From the NCBI GenBank assembly GCA_019347945.1, contig JAHWKK010000002.1, positions 157,316 through 221,315 of the forward strand: a stretch of 64,000 nt of DNA. Direction: 5' to 3'. The notes beneath the pieces are model-generated. The model was not told the origin of the DNA. It ran no database searches and saw only the letters and a program-made list of their open reading frames with translations. This document shows positions 1-9,290 of the stretch, one piece after another (position 1 is the first letter of the stretch; every line of letters begins with the position of its first letter). The DNA comes from Acidobacteriota bacterium. GTDB lineage: Bacteria > Acidobacteriota > Thermoanaerobaculia > Gp7-AA8 > JAHWKK01. A program made the translations under genes and the position numbers.

Positions 1-1
1 C

Positions 2-709
2 ATCGACTCCACTGAGCTCGAAAAGGATGGCTATCACGGCGAGCTTCAGGGAGTGGACGGCATTCTCGTCGGTCCCGGGTTCGGAGAGCGCGGCGTAGAA
101 GGGATGCTCCAGGCGATCCGGTATGCACGCGAAAAGAAAGTCCCCTTCCTCGGGATCTGCATGGGGATGCAGTGCGCCGTCATCGAGGTCGCACGAAATC
201 TCGCCGGCCTCACGGGGGCGAACTCCACCGAATTCGACGAGGACGCTCCTTTCAAGGTGATCTACAAGCTCCGCGATCTGATCGGCGTCGACGCGCTCGG
301 AGGAACGATGCGCCTCGGCAAGTACCCCTGCGAGCTGGAGGAAGGATCGCTTGCGCGCCGCGCTTACGAGAGCGAGCTCGTCGAGGAACGGCACCGTCAC
401 CGTTTCGAGGTCAACCCGGAGTATGTGCAGCGTCTCGAAGAGCAGGGGCTCAAAATGACCGGGAAGTCGCCCGACGGCAAGTTCATCGAGATCGTCGAGC
501 TGGCGGATCACCCCTGGTTCCTCGGATGTCAGTTCCATCCCGAGTATCGCTCCCGCCCATCGCGCCCGCATCCGCTTTTCCGCGACTTCATTGAGGCAGC
601 GCGAAAGTTCAAGGGCTCGCGCGGCGCACAACCGGAGCCGGCCGCACAGAACACGCACTCCGAGGAAACCGTAGAGAGGGACGAACACGCTCTCGAGGAA
701 GTTCCTTGA
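2..709 (+). CDS. pyrG: CTP synthase, C-terminal glutamine amidotransferase part (5' end lies outside the window)
   Basis: The frame is open from base 2. Motifs VDGILVGPGFGERG, GICMGMQCAVIE, HRHRFEVNPEY and GCQFHPE are typical of the PyrG GATase domain. Confidence 0.95.
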   Translation: MDSTELEKDGYHGELQGVDGILVGPGFGERGVEGMLQAIRYAREKKVPFLGICMGMQCAVIEVARNLAGLTGANSTEFDEDAPFKVIYKLRDLIGVDALGGTMRLGKYPCELEEGSLARRAYESELVEERHRHRFEVNPEYVQRLEEQGLKMTGKSPDGKFIEIVELADHPWFLGCQFHPEYRSRPSRPHPLFRDFIEAARKFKGSRGAQPEPAAQNTHSEETVERDEHALEEVP

Positions 710-1524
710 CGCGTGCCATCCCGATCGGAAATGTGACGATCGGCGGACAGAGTCCACCAGTTTTCATCGCGGGACCATGCGTCATCGAGTCGCGCGACCA
801 CGTGATGAAGATGGCCGATGAGCTGGTCGCGCTGCGCGATGAGCTCGGCATCTCACTGATCTTCAAGTCGTCGTTCGACAAGGCGAACCGCAGCAGTATC
901 GACTCCTTCCGCGGCCCGGGACTCGACGAAGGACTGGCGATTCTCGCCGAGGTCGCGAGCGAGCACGGGTTGCCCGTTCTGTCGGACATCCACGACGTAT
1001 CGCAGGCCGGGCCGGCAGCCGAGGTCCTCGACGTTCTTCAGATTCCGGCGTTTCTCTGCCGCCAGACCGATCTGATCGTCGCCGCGGCGAAGACCGGCAA
1101 GGCGGTCAACGTCAAGAAGGGACAGTTCCTCTCGCCCGAGGAGACGAAGAACATCCTTCAGAAAGGTGACGAGGCCGGGAGCGACAAGGTCTTTCTGACA
1201 GAGCGGGGTTCGTCGTTCGGGTATCAGAACCTGGTCGTCGACATGCGATCGTTTCCGATCATGCGGAGCTACGGCGCGCCGGTCGTATACGACATCACGC
1301 ACTCGATGCAGCGGCCCGGTGGCGAGGGCACCTACACCGGTGGAACCCGGCAGTTCGCGCGGCCCCTCGCGCGCGCCGCAGCGGCGGTAGGGGTCGACGG
1401 CTTCTTCATGGAAGTCCATGACCGTCCTGATGAAGCGCTCTCGGACAAGACGACGCAGCTCGACATCGGAATCGCGCGCGGTGTCATCGAGGACATCCTC
1501 CGCATCCGCGAAGCGCTGGGCTAA
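706..1524 (+). CDS. kdsA: 2-dehydro-3-deoxyphosphooctonate aldolase (KDO8P synthase)
   Basis: 272 aa with FKSSFDKANRSS, LSDIHD and QIPAFLCRQTDL motifs. The TTG start overlaps the pyrG stop (TTGA). Confidence 0.92.
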   Translation: MTRAIPIGNVTIGGQSPPVFIAGPCVIESRDHVMKMADELVALRDELGISLIFKSSFDKANRSSIDSFRGPGLDEGLAILAEVASEHGLPVLSDIHDVSQAGPAAEVLDVLQIPAFLCRQTDLIVAAAKTGKAVNVKKGQFLSPEETKNILQKGDEAGSDKVFLTERGSSFGYQNLVVDMRSFPIMRSYGAPVVYDITHSMQRPGGEGTYTGGTRQFARPLARAAAAVGVDGFFMEVHDRPDEALSDKTTQLDIGIARGVIEDILRIREALG

Positions 1525-1537
1525 ACCAGCGCAGAGC

Positions 1538-1611
1538 CTTCACTCTTCTTTTCACTCTTCACTCTTCACTCTTCACTCTTCTCTTCCTCTTCACTCGTCT
1601 TCAGCAGTCTC
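1538..1611. repeat. One-armed CT-rich heptamer array (CACTCTT / TCTCTTC variants, about 9 units)
   Basis: Directly visible tandem 7-mers sit between the convergent kdsA and recD2 genes. The array encodes the recD2 C-terminal tail and its stop. Confidence 0.85.
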
Positions 1612-3752
1612 TGGAGACGTGTCCATCGCCTGTTCGAAACCCGTCTCGAGATCGCCCGCCGCAAAGCTTCCTTTTGTCCGACGAGAACGACGAGCCGCTT
1701 CCCGCGAGTCACCGCGGTATAGATCAGATTTCTCTGAAGCATCACGTAATGCTGCATGGACAGCGGGACGATCACGGCCGGGTACTCCGAGCCCTGGGAC
1801 TTGTGAATCGTCGAGGCGTAGGCGAGCACGAGCCGGTCGATCTCGTCGAAACCATAACGGACGCTCCGGCCCTCGAACTCGGCGACCAGTTCCTCCTCCT
1901 CCTCGTCGATCCGGCGGATCACGCCGATGTCTCCATTGAAGACTTCCTTGTCGTAATCGTTCTCGGTCTGCATGATCTTGTCGCCGGCGGTGTACCTCGA
2001 GCCATATCGCTCGATTCCTTCTTTTCGGGACCGCTCGTTGAGCGAGCGCTGCAGTACCGAATTGAGCGCCTCGACCCCCGAACCGCCCCGATTCATCGGA
2101 GTGAGCACCTGAATTTCGCGCAGCGGATCGAGACCGAATCTGCGTGGAATCCGATCGCTTACGAGGCGCCTGACCATATCGGCGATCGCCTCCGGCTCAG
2201 TCTCGACGAAAAAGAAGTCGCTGGCGTCTGAATCCGCCGTGTCGAATTGCGGCATGCGGCCCCGGTTGATCTCGTGAGCGCCGACGATGATGCTGCTCGT
2301 CTCCTTCTGCCGGAAGATCTCGGTGAGGCGCACAGCGGGAACTCTTCCCGATTCGATCACGTCTTCCAGAACTTTGCCGGGACCCACCGAGGGGAGCTGA
2401 TCGACGTCGCCGACCAGCAGCAGCGCGGCGTGAGACGGGAGCGCTCTCACGAGCGAGTCCATCAGCGGCACGTCGACCATCGAGACCTCGTCGACGACGA
2501 GCAGATCGGCTTCGATCGGCCGGGTCTCGTTGCGCGTGAACTTTCCGGTTCTCGGGTTGATCTCGAGCAGCCGATGAATCGTCCTTGCCGAGAATCCCGT
2601 GCTGTCGGCCAGACGCCGGGCGGCCCGACCGGTCGGCGCGGCAAGCGCCACGTCGACCGCCTTCGCCGTGAGAATCCGGAGGATCGAATTGACGAGAGTC
2701 GTCTTGCCGACCCCGGGCCCGCCCGTGATCACAGCAACGCGCGACGCGAGAACCAGCGTGATCGCCTGGCGCTGCGAGGGAGAGAGGACAATCGAATTCT
2801 GTCGTTCGACCCATCCCATTGCAGCCTCGGCGTCGATATCCGGCCACGGCCGGCTCGAAGCCCCGGCCAGAGACGTGAGTGTTCCCGCGATCCGCTCCTC
2901 CGCGCGGTAGAGCCACGGAAGATAGATCATCGTTCCGTCCTCCAACGCCTCCTGCGCGAGATGGTTCCCGCCGAGCTCCATCTCCAGAGCCTCGGTCACC
3001 CTCGTCGGCTCGATCTCGAGCAGACTCACCGTCTTTTCGACCAGATCCTCCCGGGGAAGACCGCAATGACCCTGCGACATCGCCTCGGACAGGACATGGG
3101 TCAGGCCCGCTCTGGCCCTGAAGATCGAGCTCCGCTCGAAACCGAGACTCAGTGCAATCGCGTCGGCGCTCCTGAATCCGATCCCTCGAACATCGTCCGC
3201 GAGGCGGTATGGGTTGTTCTTGATCTCGGCGACGGCGTTTGCACCGTACTGATTCCAGATCCTTCGGATTCTCGCGGGTCCGACGCCATGTTCCTGAAGG
3301 AAGAGCATCAGGTCGCGAAGTCCTCTCGCTTCCTTCCAGCTCTTTGCGATCAAGCCGGCGCGTTTCCGTCCGATCCCCACGACCTGGGTCAGGCGTGCCG
3401 GATCCTCGTCGATCACCTCGAGGGTCGATTCGCCGAACCGCTGGACGATGAGCTTCGCAGTCGATGGACCGACTCCCTTCAGCAGCCCCGAGGCGAGAAG
3501 GCGCTCGATTCCGGAGCGCGTGGTCGGAACCCGGATCGAGACCGATTCCGCCTGAAACTGGACGCCATGTTTCGAATCGGTCCGCCACTCACCGCTCGCT
3601 TCGACCGTCTCACCCGGTGAGATGGGGGGGAGGTTCCCGACGATGGTCACGCGACTCGAACGGGCTCCGAGCGATCTCGCCTGGAGAACGGAGAATCCGG
3701 AGTCCTCCCCGTAGAAGGTCACCCGTTCGATCACAGCCGAGAGCTTCTCCAT
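1566..3752 (-). CDS. recD2: SF1B RecD2-type ATP-dependent DNA helicase
   Basis: 728 aa with Walker A GGPGVGKTT, Walker B LLVVDEVSMVD, and HhH-like N-terminal and C-terminal SH3-like regions typical of RecD2. Confidence 0.9.
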   Translation of the reverse strand: MEKLSAVIERVTFYGEDSGFSVLQARSLGARSSRVTIVGNLPPISPGETVEASGEWRTDSKHGVQFQAESVSIRVPTTRSGIERLLASGLLKGVGPSTAKLIVQRFGESTLEVIDEDPARLTQVVGIGRKRAGLIAKSWKEARGLRDLMLFLQEHGVGPARIRRIWNQYGANAVAEIKNNPYRLADDVRGIGFRSADAIALSLGFERSSIFRARAGLTHVLSEAMSQGHCGLPREDLVEKTVSLLEIEPTRVTEALEMELGGNHLAQEALEDGTMIYLPWLYRAEERIAGTLTSLAGASSRPWPDIDAEAAMGWVERQNSIVLSPSQRQAITLVLASRVAVITGGPGVGKTTLVNSILRILTAKAVDVALAAPTGRAARRLADSTGFSARTIHRLLEINPRTGKFTRNETRPIEADLLVVDEVSMVDVPLMDSLVRALPSHAALLLVGDVDQLPSVGPGKVLEDVIESGRVPAVRLTEIFRQKETSSIIVGAHEINRGRMPQFDTADSDASDFFFVETEPEAIADMVRRLVSDRIPRRFGLDPLREIQVLTPMNRGGSGVEALNSVLQRSLNERSRKEGIERYGSRYTAGDKIMQTENDYDKEVFNGDIGVIRRIDEEEEELVAEFEGRSVRYGFDEIDRLVLAYASTIHKSQGSEYPAVIVPLSMQHYVMLQRNLIYTAVTRGKRLVVLVGQKEALRRAISRRVSNRRWTRLQRLLKTSEEEEKSEE

Positions 3753-3822
3753 TCGCGGCTCAGTGTAGGAAAACGTGGGGCAGAGGCGCCACTACGGCGC
3801 CTCTTTTGCAGCCGCGCCCCTC

Positions 3823-6027
3823 ATGCGAATGCCACGTCTGACTTCCTCGCTTGCGATCGTCGCTCTGGCCGTCTCGACTCTTTCATGCGCCTCGATGGCG
3901 CCGGCGCCCGACCCACCACCCGCCGATGCCCCTCCGCTCGTCGCGTGGTCCGCGACGCCGGATGCTCCGGCGATCCGGGTCGGAATCCAGACCGATGTCG
4001 CCAGTTTCGAGCTGCCCCGAATCCCGCGCGGATATGTTCTGACGCCGGACCCGGACGGCACCGCGGCGTGGAGCACTTATCGGGGTCTACAAGTAAGTGC
4101 TCCCGCGTCGGCAGGCGCCACCGTGCGCTGGGCAGTGCAGGTCTCGGCCACCCCCGCAGAGGAGGGAGCGAACGAGCTCGCCCGCGCGCTCGACGCCGGC
4201 GGCTACGGCCCCTCCACCGTTCTCTTCGACGCCGCCGCTGGACTGTACAAGGTTCTCGCGGGCGACTTTCCGACCGTAGAAGACGCCCAGCGGCTCAGCG
4301 CGCGACTCGGTAACGCGGGCTACCCGGATGAGGCGTTCGTCACTAAGCTCCCCGCGCGGGACCCTCTCGTCGAGCAGCTGCTCGTCACTGATGATGAAGG
4401 AAACGAGACGCTGATCGACGGCCGCACAATCTGGATCTCATCTTCGGCAGGCGATCCGATCGCGATCGGTGAGAGCAGATACAGAGGGGTGGTGATGGTC
4501 TACCTCAACGACCGCGCGCTTCTCAACGTCGTGAACGTTCTGAATCTCGAGGACTACGTCAAGGGCGTCGTTCCGAACGAAATGGGCCCGCGCGTCTACG
4601 ACCAGATCGAAGCGCTGAAGGCGCAGGCACTCGCCGCACGAACCTACGCGGTGAGCAGAATGGGTCAGTTCGATCGCGAAGGATTCGACATCTGCCCGAC
4701 CGCGGCCTGCCAGGTCTACGAGGGATTCTCGACCGAGCACGAATTGTCGAACCGCGCGGTGGAAGAAACCGCCGGGCTGATCATCACCTACGAAGGAAAG
4801 CCGATCGACGCACTCTACACCTCGACATGTGGCGGGGCGACCTCGGATGTCGATGTGATGTTCCCCGGACGAAGTGAGCCGTATCTGCGGGCGGCGGACT
4901 GTGTCGAGCTCGCGCTCGATTATGTTGCGGGACGGACCGAGTCTGCCATTCTCGACGACCGGCAGGTGCGTGGGCGCATTCTCCGATCGATCACCGGCTA
5001 TCCCGACGATTCCCGCTTCAACGCCGCAGTCGTCTCCGGAAGGGTGAAGGGTGCCGCGCAAAAAGCAGGTCTCAGCCCTGCCGTCGGCAATCCACCGTCT
5101 TCGGTCAGCAGACGCGACGTCCTTCGACATCTCGCCACGGCACTCGGGTGGGATCGGATTCAGTCAGTACTGCTCCTCCCTGAGGACCGCGTCTATTTTT
5201 TCCCGCACGCGGAACAAGGATCGATCGAGGCCGGCGCTGCCGCGTTCATCAACAAATATCTCCGCGATGCCGCGCAGCCGATCGAGCGGCTCGACCTCTC
5301 GGCCCCGATCTCGGCCGACGAGCTCGACTCGATTCTTCTCGCCTGGCTCGAGGCACAAGGGGCAATCCAGAGAGTCCAGGGAAAGATCCACAGTATCGAG
5401 TCCCGCACGATCACTCTCGAGTTCGAGAATGAGCGTAAAACGTTCGCCCTTCCCTCAGGGTTGCCAATCTTCCGTCAGAGCGAGACGAGCTACCGGGAAC
5501 ATCGCGAGGTGCCCTATCTGGTGGGCGATCGCGTCACCGTCATCCACGATCGCGCGGGAACCGTCGCGGGCCTGATCATCCAGGCGAACTACGATGGCGC
5601 CGCCTTCGATCGGACGTCCAGCTTCTCGAGCTGGATCCGATCGTTCCGGGCCAACGAGCTGGTCGACTCGATCAATCGACGCCATCCCATCACATCGCTT
5701 TCGGATCTGCGAATCCTTTCGGCTGACCAAATCGGCCGCATCTCCGCAATGGAGTTCGTCACGGGTGACGGCTCCACCTTTACGCTTCGGGGACTTCCCG
5801 TTCGCTGGGGTCTCAACGTACCGGACAATCTCTTCGCCTTCATGAAATCGAAGGACCCCGACGGCGTCGATCGTTACACCTTCTACGGAAAGGGATGGGG
5901 ACACGGCACCGGCATGTGTCAGGTCGGCGCGTACGGAATGGCGCTGCGAGGCCATACCGCGGAGCAAATCGTCGAGCACTACTACACCGGCGCGCAGGTT
6001 GCGGCGGTCGGAGTCAGCAGTCAGTAG
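3823..6027 (+). CDS. SpoIID/LytB-domain protein with an internal SPOR domain (secreted)
   Basis: Signal-like N-terminus, SPOR-like segment (WAVQVSAT...LYKVLAGDF), and SpoIID motifs ALKAQALAARTYAV, YTSTCGGATSDV and GHGTGMCQVGAYGMA. The start is uncertain (ORF open from 3775; Met at 3823/3829). Confidence 0.85.
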   Translation: MRMPRLTSSLAIVALAVSTLSCASMAPAPDPPPADAPPLVAWSATPDAPAIRVGIQTDVASFELPRIPRGYVLTPDPDGTAAWSTYRGLQVSAPASAGATVRWAVQVSATPAEEGANELARALDAGGYGPSTVLFDAAAGLYKVLAGDFPTVEDAQRLSARLGNAGYPDEAFVTKLPARDPLVEQLLVTDDEGNETLIDGRTIWISSSAGDPIAIGESRYRGVVMVYLNDRALLNVVNVLNLEDYVKGVVPNEMGPRVYDQIEALKAQALAARTYAVSRMGQFDREGFDICPTAACQVYEGFSTEHELSNRAVEETAGLIITYEGKPIDALYTSTCGGATSDVDVMFPGRSEPYLRAADCVELALDYVAGRTESAILDDRQVRGRILRSITGYPDDSRFNAAVVSGRVKGAAQKAGLSPAVGNPPSSVSRRDVLRHLATALGWDRIQSVLLLPEDRVYFFPHAEQGSIEAGAAAFINKYLRDAAQPIERLDLSAPISADELDSILLAWLEAQGAIQRVQGKIHSIESRTITLEFENERKTFALPSGLPIFRQSETSYREHREVPYLVGDRVTVIHDRAGTVAGLIIQANYDGAAFDRTSSFSSWIRSFRANELVDSINRRHPITSLSDLRILSADQIGRISAMEFVTGDGSTFTLRGLPVRWGLNVPDNLFAFMKSKDPDGVDRYTFYGKGWGHGTGMCQVGAYGMALRGHTAEQIVEHYYTGAQVAAVGVSSQ

Positions 6028-6085
6028 GCAGGATTTCAGGAATCAGGATTCAGGCGAACAAAAAAAACCGTGCTCTTGGCAACTC

Positions 6086-6150
6086 GGTGGCCGGTGGCCG
6101 GTTGCCGGTTGCCGGTTGCCGGTTGCCGGTTGCCGGTTGCCGGTTGCCGG
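6086..6150. repeat. Heptamer array, left arm: (GGTGGCC)2(GGTTGCC)7
   Basis: Nine perfect-period 7-mers counted directly, reverse-complementary to the array at 6413-6508. Confidence 0.95.
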
Positions 6151-6259
6151 CGAGGGATGGGTCTCGCATCCTCCAGGAAGTGTCGACCCCGCATCGCGGG
6201 CGAAGAACCAACGCCAAGCGCTATTCGTTGCAGGCTCGAGAAAACAAACATAGTCGATG

Positions 6260-6357
6260 AAGCCGCCGAAGGCGGCGACAGTTCTTAGCCCCCGGCTTCA
6301 GCCGGGGGGCAGAATCTTTCCCAAATTGAGTATCGAGCCCGCTTCAGCGGGCGACAG
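6260..6357. repeat. Three-hairpin GC-rich module (copy 1 of 2)
   Basis: GCCGCCGAAGGCGGCG, AGCCCCCGGCTTCAGCCGGGGGGC and GAGCCCGCTTCAGCGGGCGAC occur in the same order and spacing as at 16398-16494. Confidence 0.85.
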
Positions 6358-6412
6358 CGTGGTAACAATCAACCTATACAGATCTGGTCACAATCTACCT
6401 GGGTCGTACCCA

Positions 6413-6508
6413 GGCAACTGGCAACCGGCAACTGGCAACCGGAAACCGGAAACTGGCAACTGGCAACCGGCTACCGGCTACCGGCTACCCGGCTACCCGG
6501 CTACCGGT
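6413..6508. repeat. Heptamer array, right arm: GGCAACY / GGAAACY / GGCTACC units (about 13)
   Basis: Tandem 7-mers (two 8-mer slips) complementary to 6086-6150. The array ends 2 nt before the stop of the M24 peptidase gene. Confidence 0.95.
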
Positions 6509-6509
6509 T

Positions 6510-7895
6510 CTACTCGACGAGGTGCCAGCTCGTCTGGCGGCCTGCCAGATACCAGACGCGCTCTCCATCGAAGAGCGCCGTCTGCTCGAGCTTGATCTGC
6601 ACGAGCTGGCCGTCCCATTCGGGAACGGGAACTTTGACGTTCCCCTCGATCGCGTGAGCAGTATTCGCGTACAGCGGCCAGTCTCCTCGTACGGGCGTTT
6701 CTCCCTGGTTGTCCCACATCCCGATGGTTGGTCCCGGGCCATGACCAAAGAACCCGATCGGATGGGTATAGACGCTTCCGCGGATTCCCTCCTCGTCCAT
6801 CCGGGCGAGCGTCCTCGCGAGAATGTCGTTTCCTGGCCGGCCCGCGACGAACTCTTCGGTCAGCAGGTCCTGCCACCGGTTGCCCGTCTCGAGCGCTTTC
6901 TTCAGCCCCGCCGGAACGTCATCCTCCCCGAGCCGGAGCACGTAGCCCATCTCCTGGGTATCGGTGGCGAGCCGGAGATACGAGATTCCGACGTCGGTGT
7001 GCAGCACGTCACCTCGCTCGATCACGCCACCCCGTCCGAAAAACGGGGCGTCCGGTTCGTCCGATACTCCTCGGCGCTGAATGTTGACGTAAGGCATGAA
7101 CCAGACGGGAAGCCCGAGGTCGGTGTATCGCTGCCGGATGTACCAGGCAACGTCGTCCGTCGTCGTGATGCCCGGAGTGATCACCTTCGACGAGAAAGCC
7201 TCCGAGATGACCGACCGCGCCAGGGCAACGACGGTCGGATAGATCTCGATCTCACGATCGACTCGGGTCTCGAGCCAGCGTACGGCGAGCCGTTCCGCGC
7301 TGACGAGACGCCGGCTCCACTCCGGTCCCAGCTCCCTCAGCAACCGGTCGCGGTGCGAAGCCGAGAGCCCGTCGCCGAAAGCCCATTCAGGGCTTACGTT
7401 GATTCCGATCGTCTTCGGGCTCCGTTCACGAATGATCTCCGCGAGTCTGCGCCACTGCTCATCATCGGAGCCACCTTCCCATGCAGGCGCATAAACTCCC
7501 TGAAGCGGGTATCGGCTCACGGTGAGACGGTCGAGCTCCTCACGCGGCGAGCGGTCGTGAATCACGAGCATCGTCGTGCGACGCGCCGCGAATACGGGCT
7601 CGGGCACGAGCGTCAGATAGACCGGGTCCTCGTTGTACTCCCGATTGATGACGAGCCACATCTCGATCCCTTCTTCTCTCATCAGCCTGGGAAGAAGATT
7701 CTCGAGACGATCCTGGAGAATGAGGTTTATCGCGGCGGCGCGGGCGCGCTCCGGAAGGACACCGGGCGTGCTGGTGATGCTGCGCCCCTGTTCCGCGGAC
7801 GGCTGCGCAGCCGCCGGAAGGCCGGCCGCGAGCGTCAGAAGACACGTTGCGAACGCCTTGGCCGGCAGGTCGAGTCGAGACGCAACCCTGCCCAA
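6510..7895 (-). CDS. M24-family metallopeptidase (Xaa-Pro aminopeptidase / creatinase-like), probably secreted
   Basis: Pita-bread motifs (GDVLHTDVGISY, YTHPIGFFGHGPGP, IEGNVKV...LEQT) and a hydrophobic N-terminus ending AAAQ. The ORF is open to 8000 but would overlap metK; a TTG at 7895 is proposed, so the start is uncertain. Confidence 0.8.
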   Translation of the reverse strand: MGRVASRLDLPAKAFATCLLTLAAGLPAAAQPSAEQGRSITSTPGVLPERARAAAINLILQDRLENLLPRLMREEGIEMWLVINREYNEDPVYLTLVPEPVFAARRTTMLVIHDRSPREELDRLTVSRYPLQGVYAPAWEGGSDDEQWRRLAEIIRERSPKTIGINVSPEWAFGDGLSASHRDRLLRELGPEWSRRLVSAERLAVRWLETRVDREIEIYPTVVALARSVISEAFSSKVITPGITTTDDVAWYIRQRYTDLGLPVWFMPYVNIQRRGVSDEPDAPFFGRGGVIERGDVLHTDVGISYLRLATDTQEMGYVLRLGEDDVPAGLKKALETGNRWQDLLTEEFVAGRPGNDILARTLARMDEEGIRGSVYTHPIGFFGHGPGPTIGMWDNQGETPVRGDWPLYANTAHAIEGNVKVPVPEWDGQLVQIKLEQTALFDGERVWYLAGRQTSWHLVE

Positions 7896-7896
7896 G

Positions 7897-9063
7897 TCAG
7901 ACTCCAGCCGTCGCCTCGACACCAGCGTCGGAGGCGATCGCTTCGGCTTTGTCGGTACGCTCCCACGTGAACTCCGGCTCGTTGCGGCCGAAGTGCCCAT
8001 AGGCTGCGGTCTTCCGGAACACCGGTTTGCGAAGGTCGAGAGATTCGATGATCCCCTTCGGAGTGAGCTGGAAATGTGCGCGAATCAGATCTTCCATCTT
8101 CACCTCGTCGACCCTGCCGGTACCGAAGGTGTTCACATTGACCGAAACCGGTTCGGCAACACCGATCGCGTAGGCCAGCTGAACTTCGATCTCGTCCGCG
8201 AGCCCGGCGGCGACGAGATTCTTGGCGACGTGCCGAGCCATGTAGCAGGCGGATCGATCGACTTTCGTCGCGTCCTTGCCGGAGAACGCTCCTCCTCCGT
8301 GGCGGCCCATTCCACCGTACGTGTCGACGATGATCTTCCTGCCGGTGAGGCCTGCGTCGCCCATCGGTCCGCCCACGACGAAGCGGCCGGTCGGATTGAT
8401 GTGAAAGACCGTATCGTCGAGCAGCTCCGCCGGAATCACGGCGCGGACGACATGTTCGATGAGCGCGTCGCGGAGATCCGCCTGCGAAACTCGCGCGTCG
8501 TGCTGGGTGGAAACGACCACCGCGGATACGCGAACCGGCCGGCGACCCTCGTACTCCACCGTAACCTGCGACTTCCCGTCCGGCCTTACGAAATCGAGCT
8601 TTCCGGACTTTCGGACTTCCGCGAGCTTTTGTACGAGTTTGTGAGCGTAGGTGATCGGAGCGGGCATCAGTTCATCGGTCTCACGACTCGCGTAGCCGAA
8701 CATCAGGCCCTGATCTCCTGCACCACCCGTATCGACGCCCATCGCGATGTCGGGACTCTGCTCGTCGATGGTCGAAATGACCGCACAGGTCTCGCTGTCG
8801 AAGCCGTAACTGGCGTTGTTGTAGCCGATGTCGCGGATCGTCGCGCGAACGATCGATGGGAAATCCGCGTACGCCTTGGTGGTGATTTCACCCGCGATCA
8901 TCGCGAGACCCGTGGTCACGAGCGTCTCGCACGCAACACGGCTCATCGGATCTTCCGCCAGGACCGAGTCGAGGATGGCGTCCGAGATCTGGTCCGCAAC
9001 CTTGTCCGGATGGCCCTCGGTGACCGATTCGGAGGTGAAGAGATATTTTCGTTCGGAAGTCAT
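7897..9063 (-). CDS. metK: S-adenosylmethionine synthetase
   Basis: [34 protein letters not shown] and GGGAFSGKD motifs. The Met at 9063 gives the canonical N-terminus. Confidence 0.95.
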   Translation of the reverse strand: MTSERKYLFTSESVTEGHPDKVADQISDAILDSVLAEDPMSRVACETLVTTGLAMIAGEITTKAYADFPSIVRATIRDIGYNNASYGFDSETCAVISTIDEQSPDIAMGVDTGGAGDQGLMFGYASRETDELMPAPITYAHKLVQKLAEVRKSGKLDFVRPDGKSQVTVEYEGRRPVRVSAVVVSTQHDARVSQADLRDALIEHVVRAVIPAELLDDTVFHINPTGRFVVGGPMGDAGLTGRKIIVDTYGGMGRHGGGAFSGKDATKVDRSACYMARHVAKNLVAAGLADEIEVQLAYAIGVAEPVSVNVNTFGTGRVDEVKMEDLIRAHFQLTPKGIIESLDLRKPVFRKTAAYGHFGRNEPEFTWERTDKAEAIASDAGVEATAGV

Positions 9064-9244
9064 TGCGTGAAAGGCTCCTTTGCCGGCAGGATCGCGGGCG
9101 TTTTCCGGAAGTGTATCCCGCGGATAATCAGCTGGCGACAACCGGGGGATCGGACAGTCGATTCCGCACCCGTCAGGAGCCAGGAATCAGGGACCGGGAG
9201 CCAGCGGGAGACCTCTTCCCTTTCTTTTCACTGTTAAGCCTGCG

Positions 9245-9290
9245 TCACTCTTAACTCTTCACTCTTCTCTTCACTCTTCTCTTCACCCCT
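9245..9290. repeat. One-armed CT-rich heptamer array (CACTCTT family)
   Basis: TCACTCTTAACTCTTCACTCTTCTCTTCACTCTTCTCTTCAC, same unit family and orientation as 1538-1611 and 27431-27459. It overlaps the purK stop region. Confidence 0.8.

Noticed and set aside
6086-6508. Whether the tandem-repeat loci (also 12437-12945, 31627-32100 and others) are CRISPR arrays.
   Set aside because: The units are 7-9 nt and contiguous, with no 25-40-nt spacers. The arrays come as inverted pairs, and no cas genes are present.
9064-9240. A firm SAM-I riboswitch call upstream of metK.
   Set aside because: I could not find the conserved SAM-I core strings on the sense strand by eye. It is kept only as a low-confidence structured leader in the findings.
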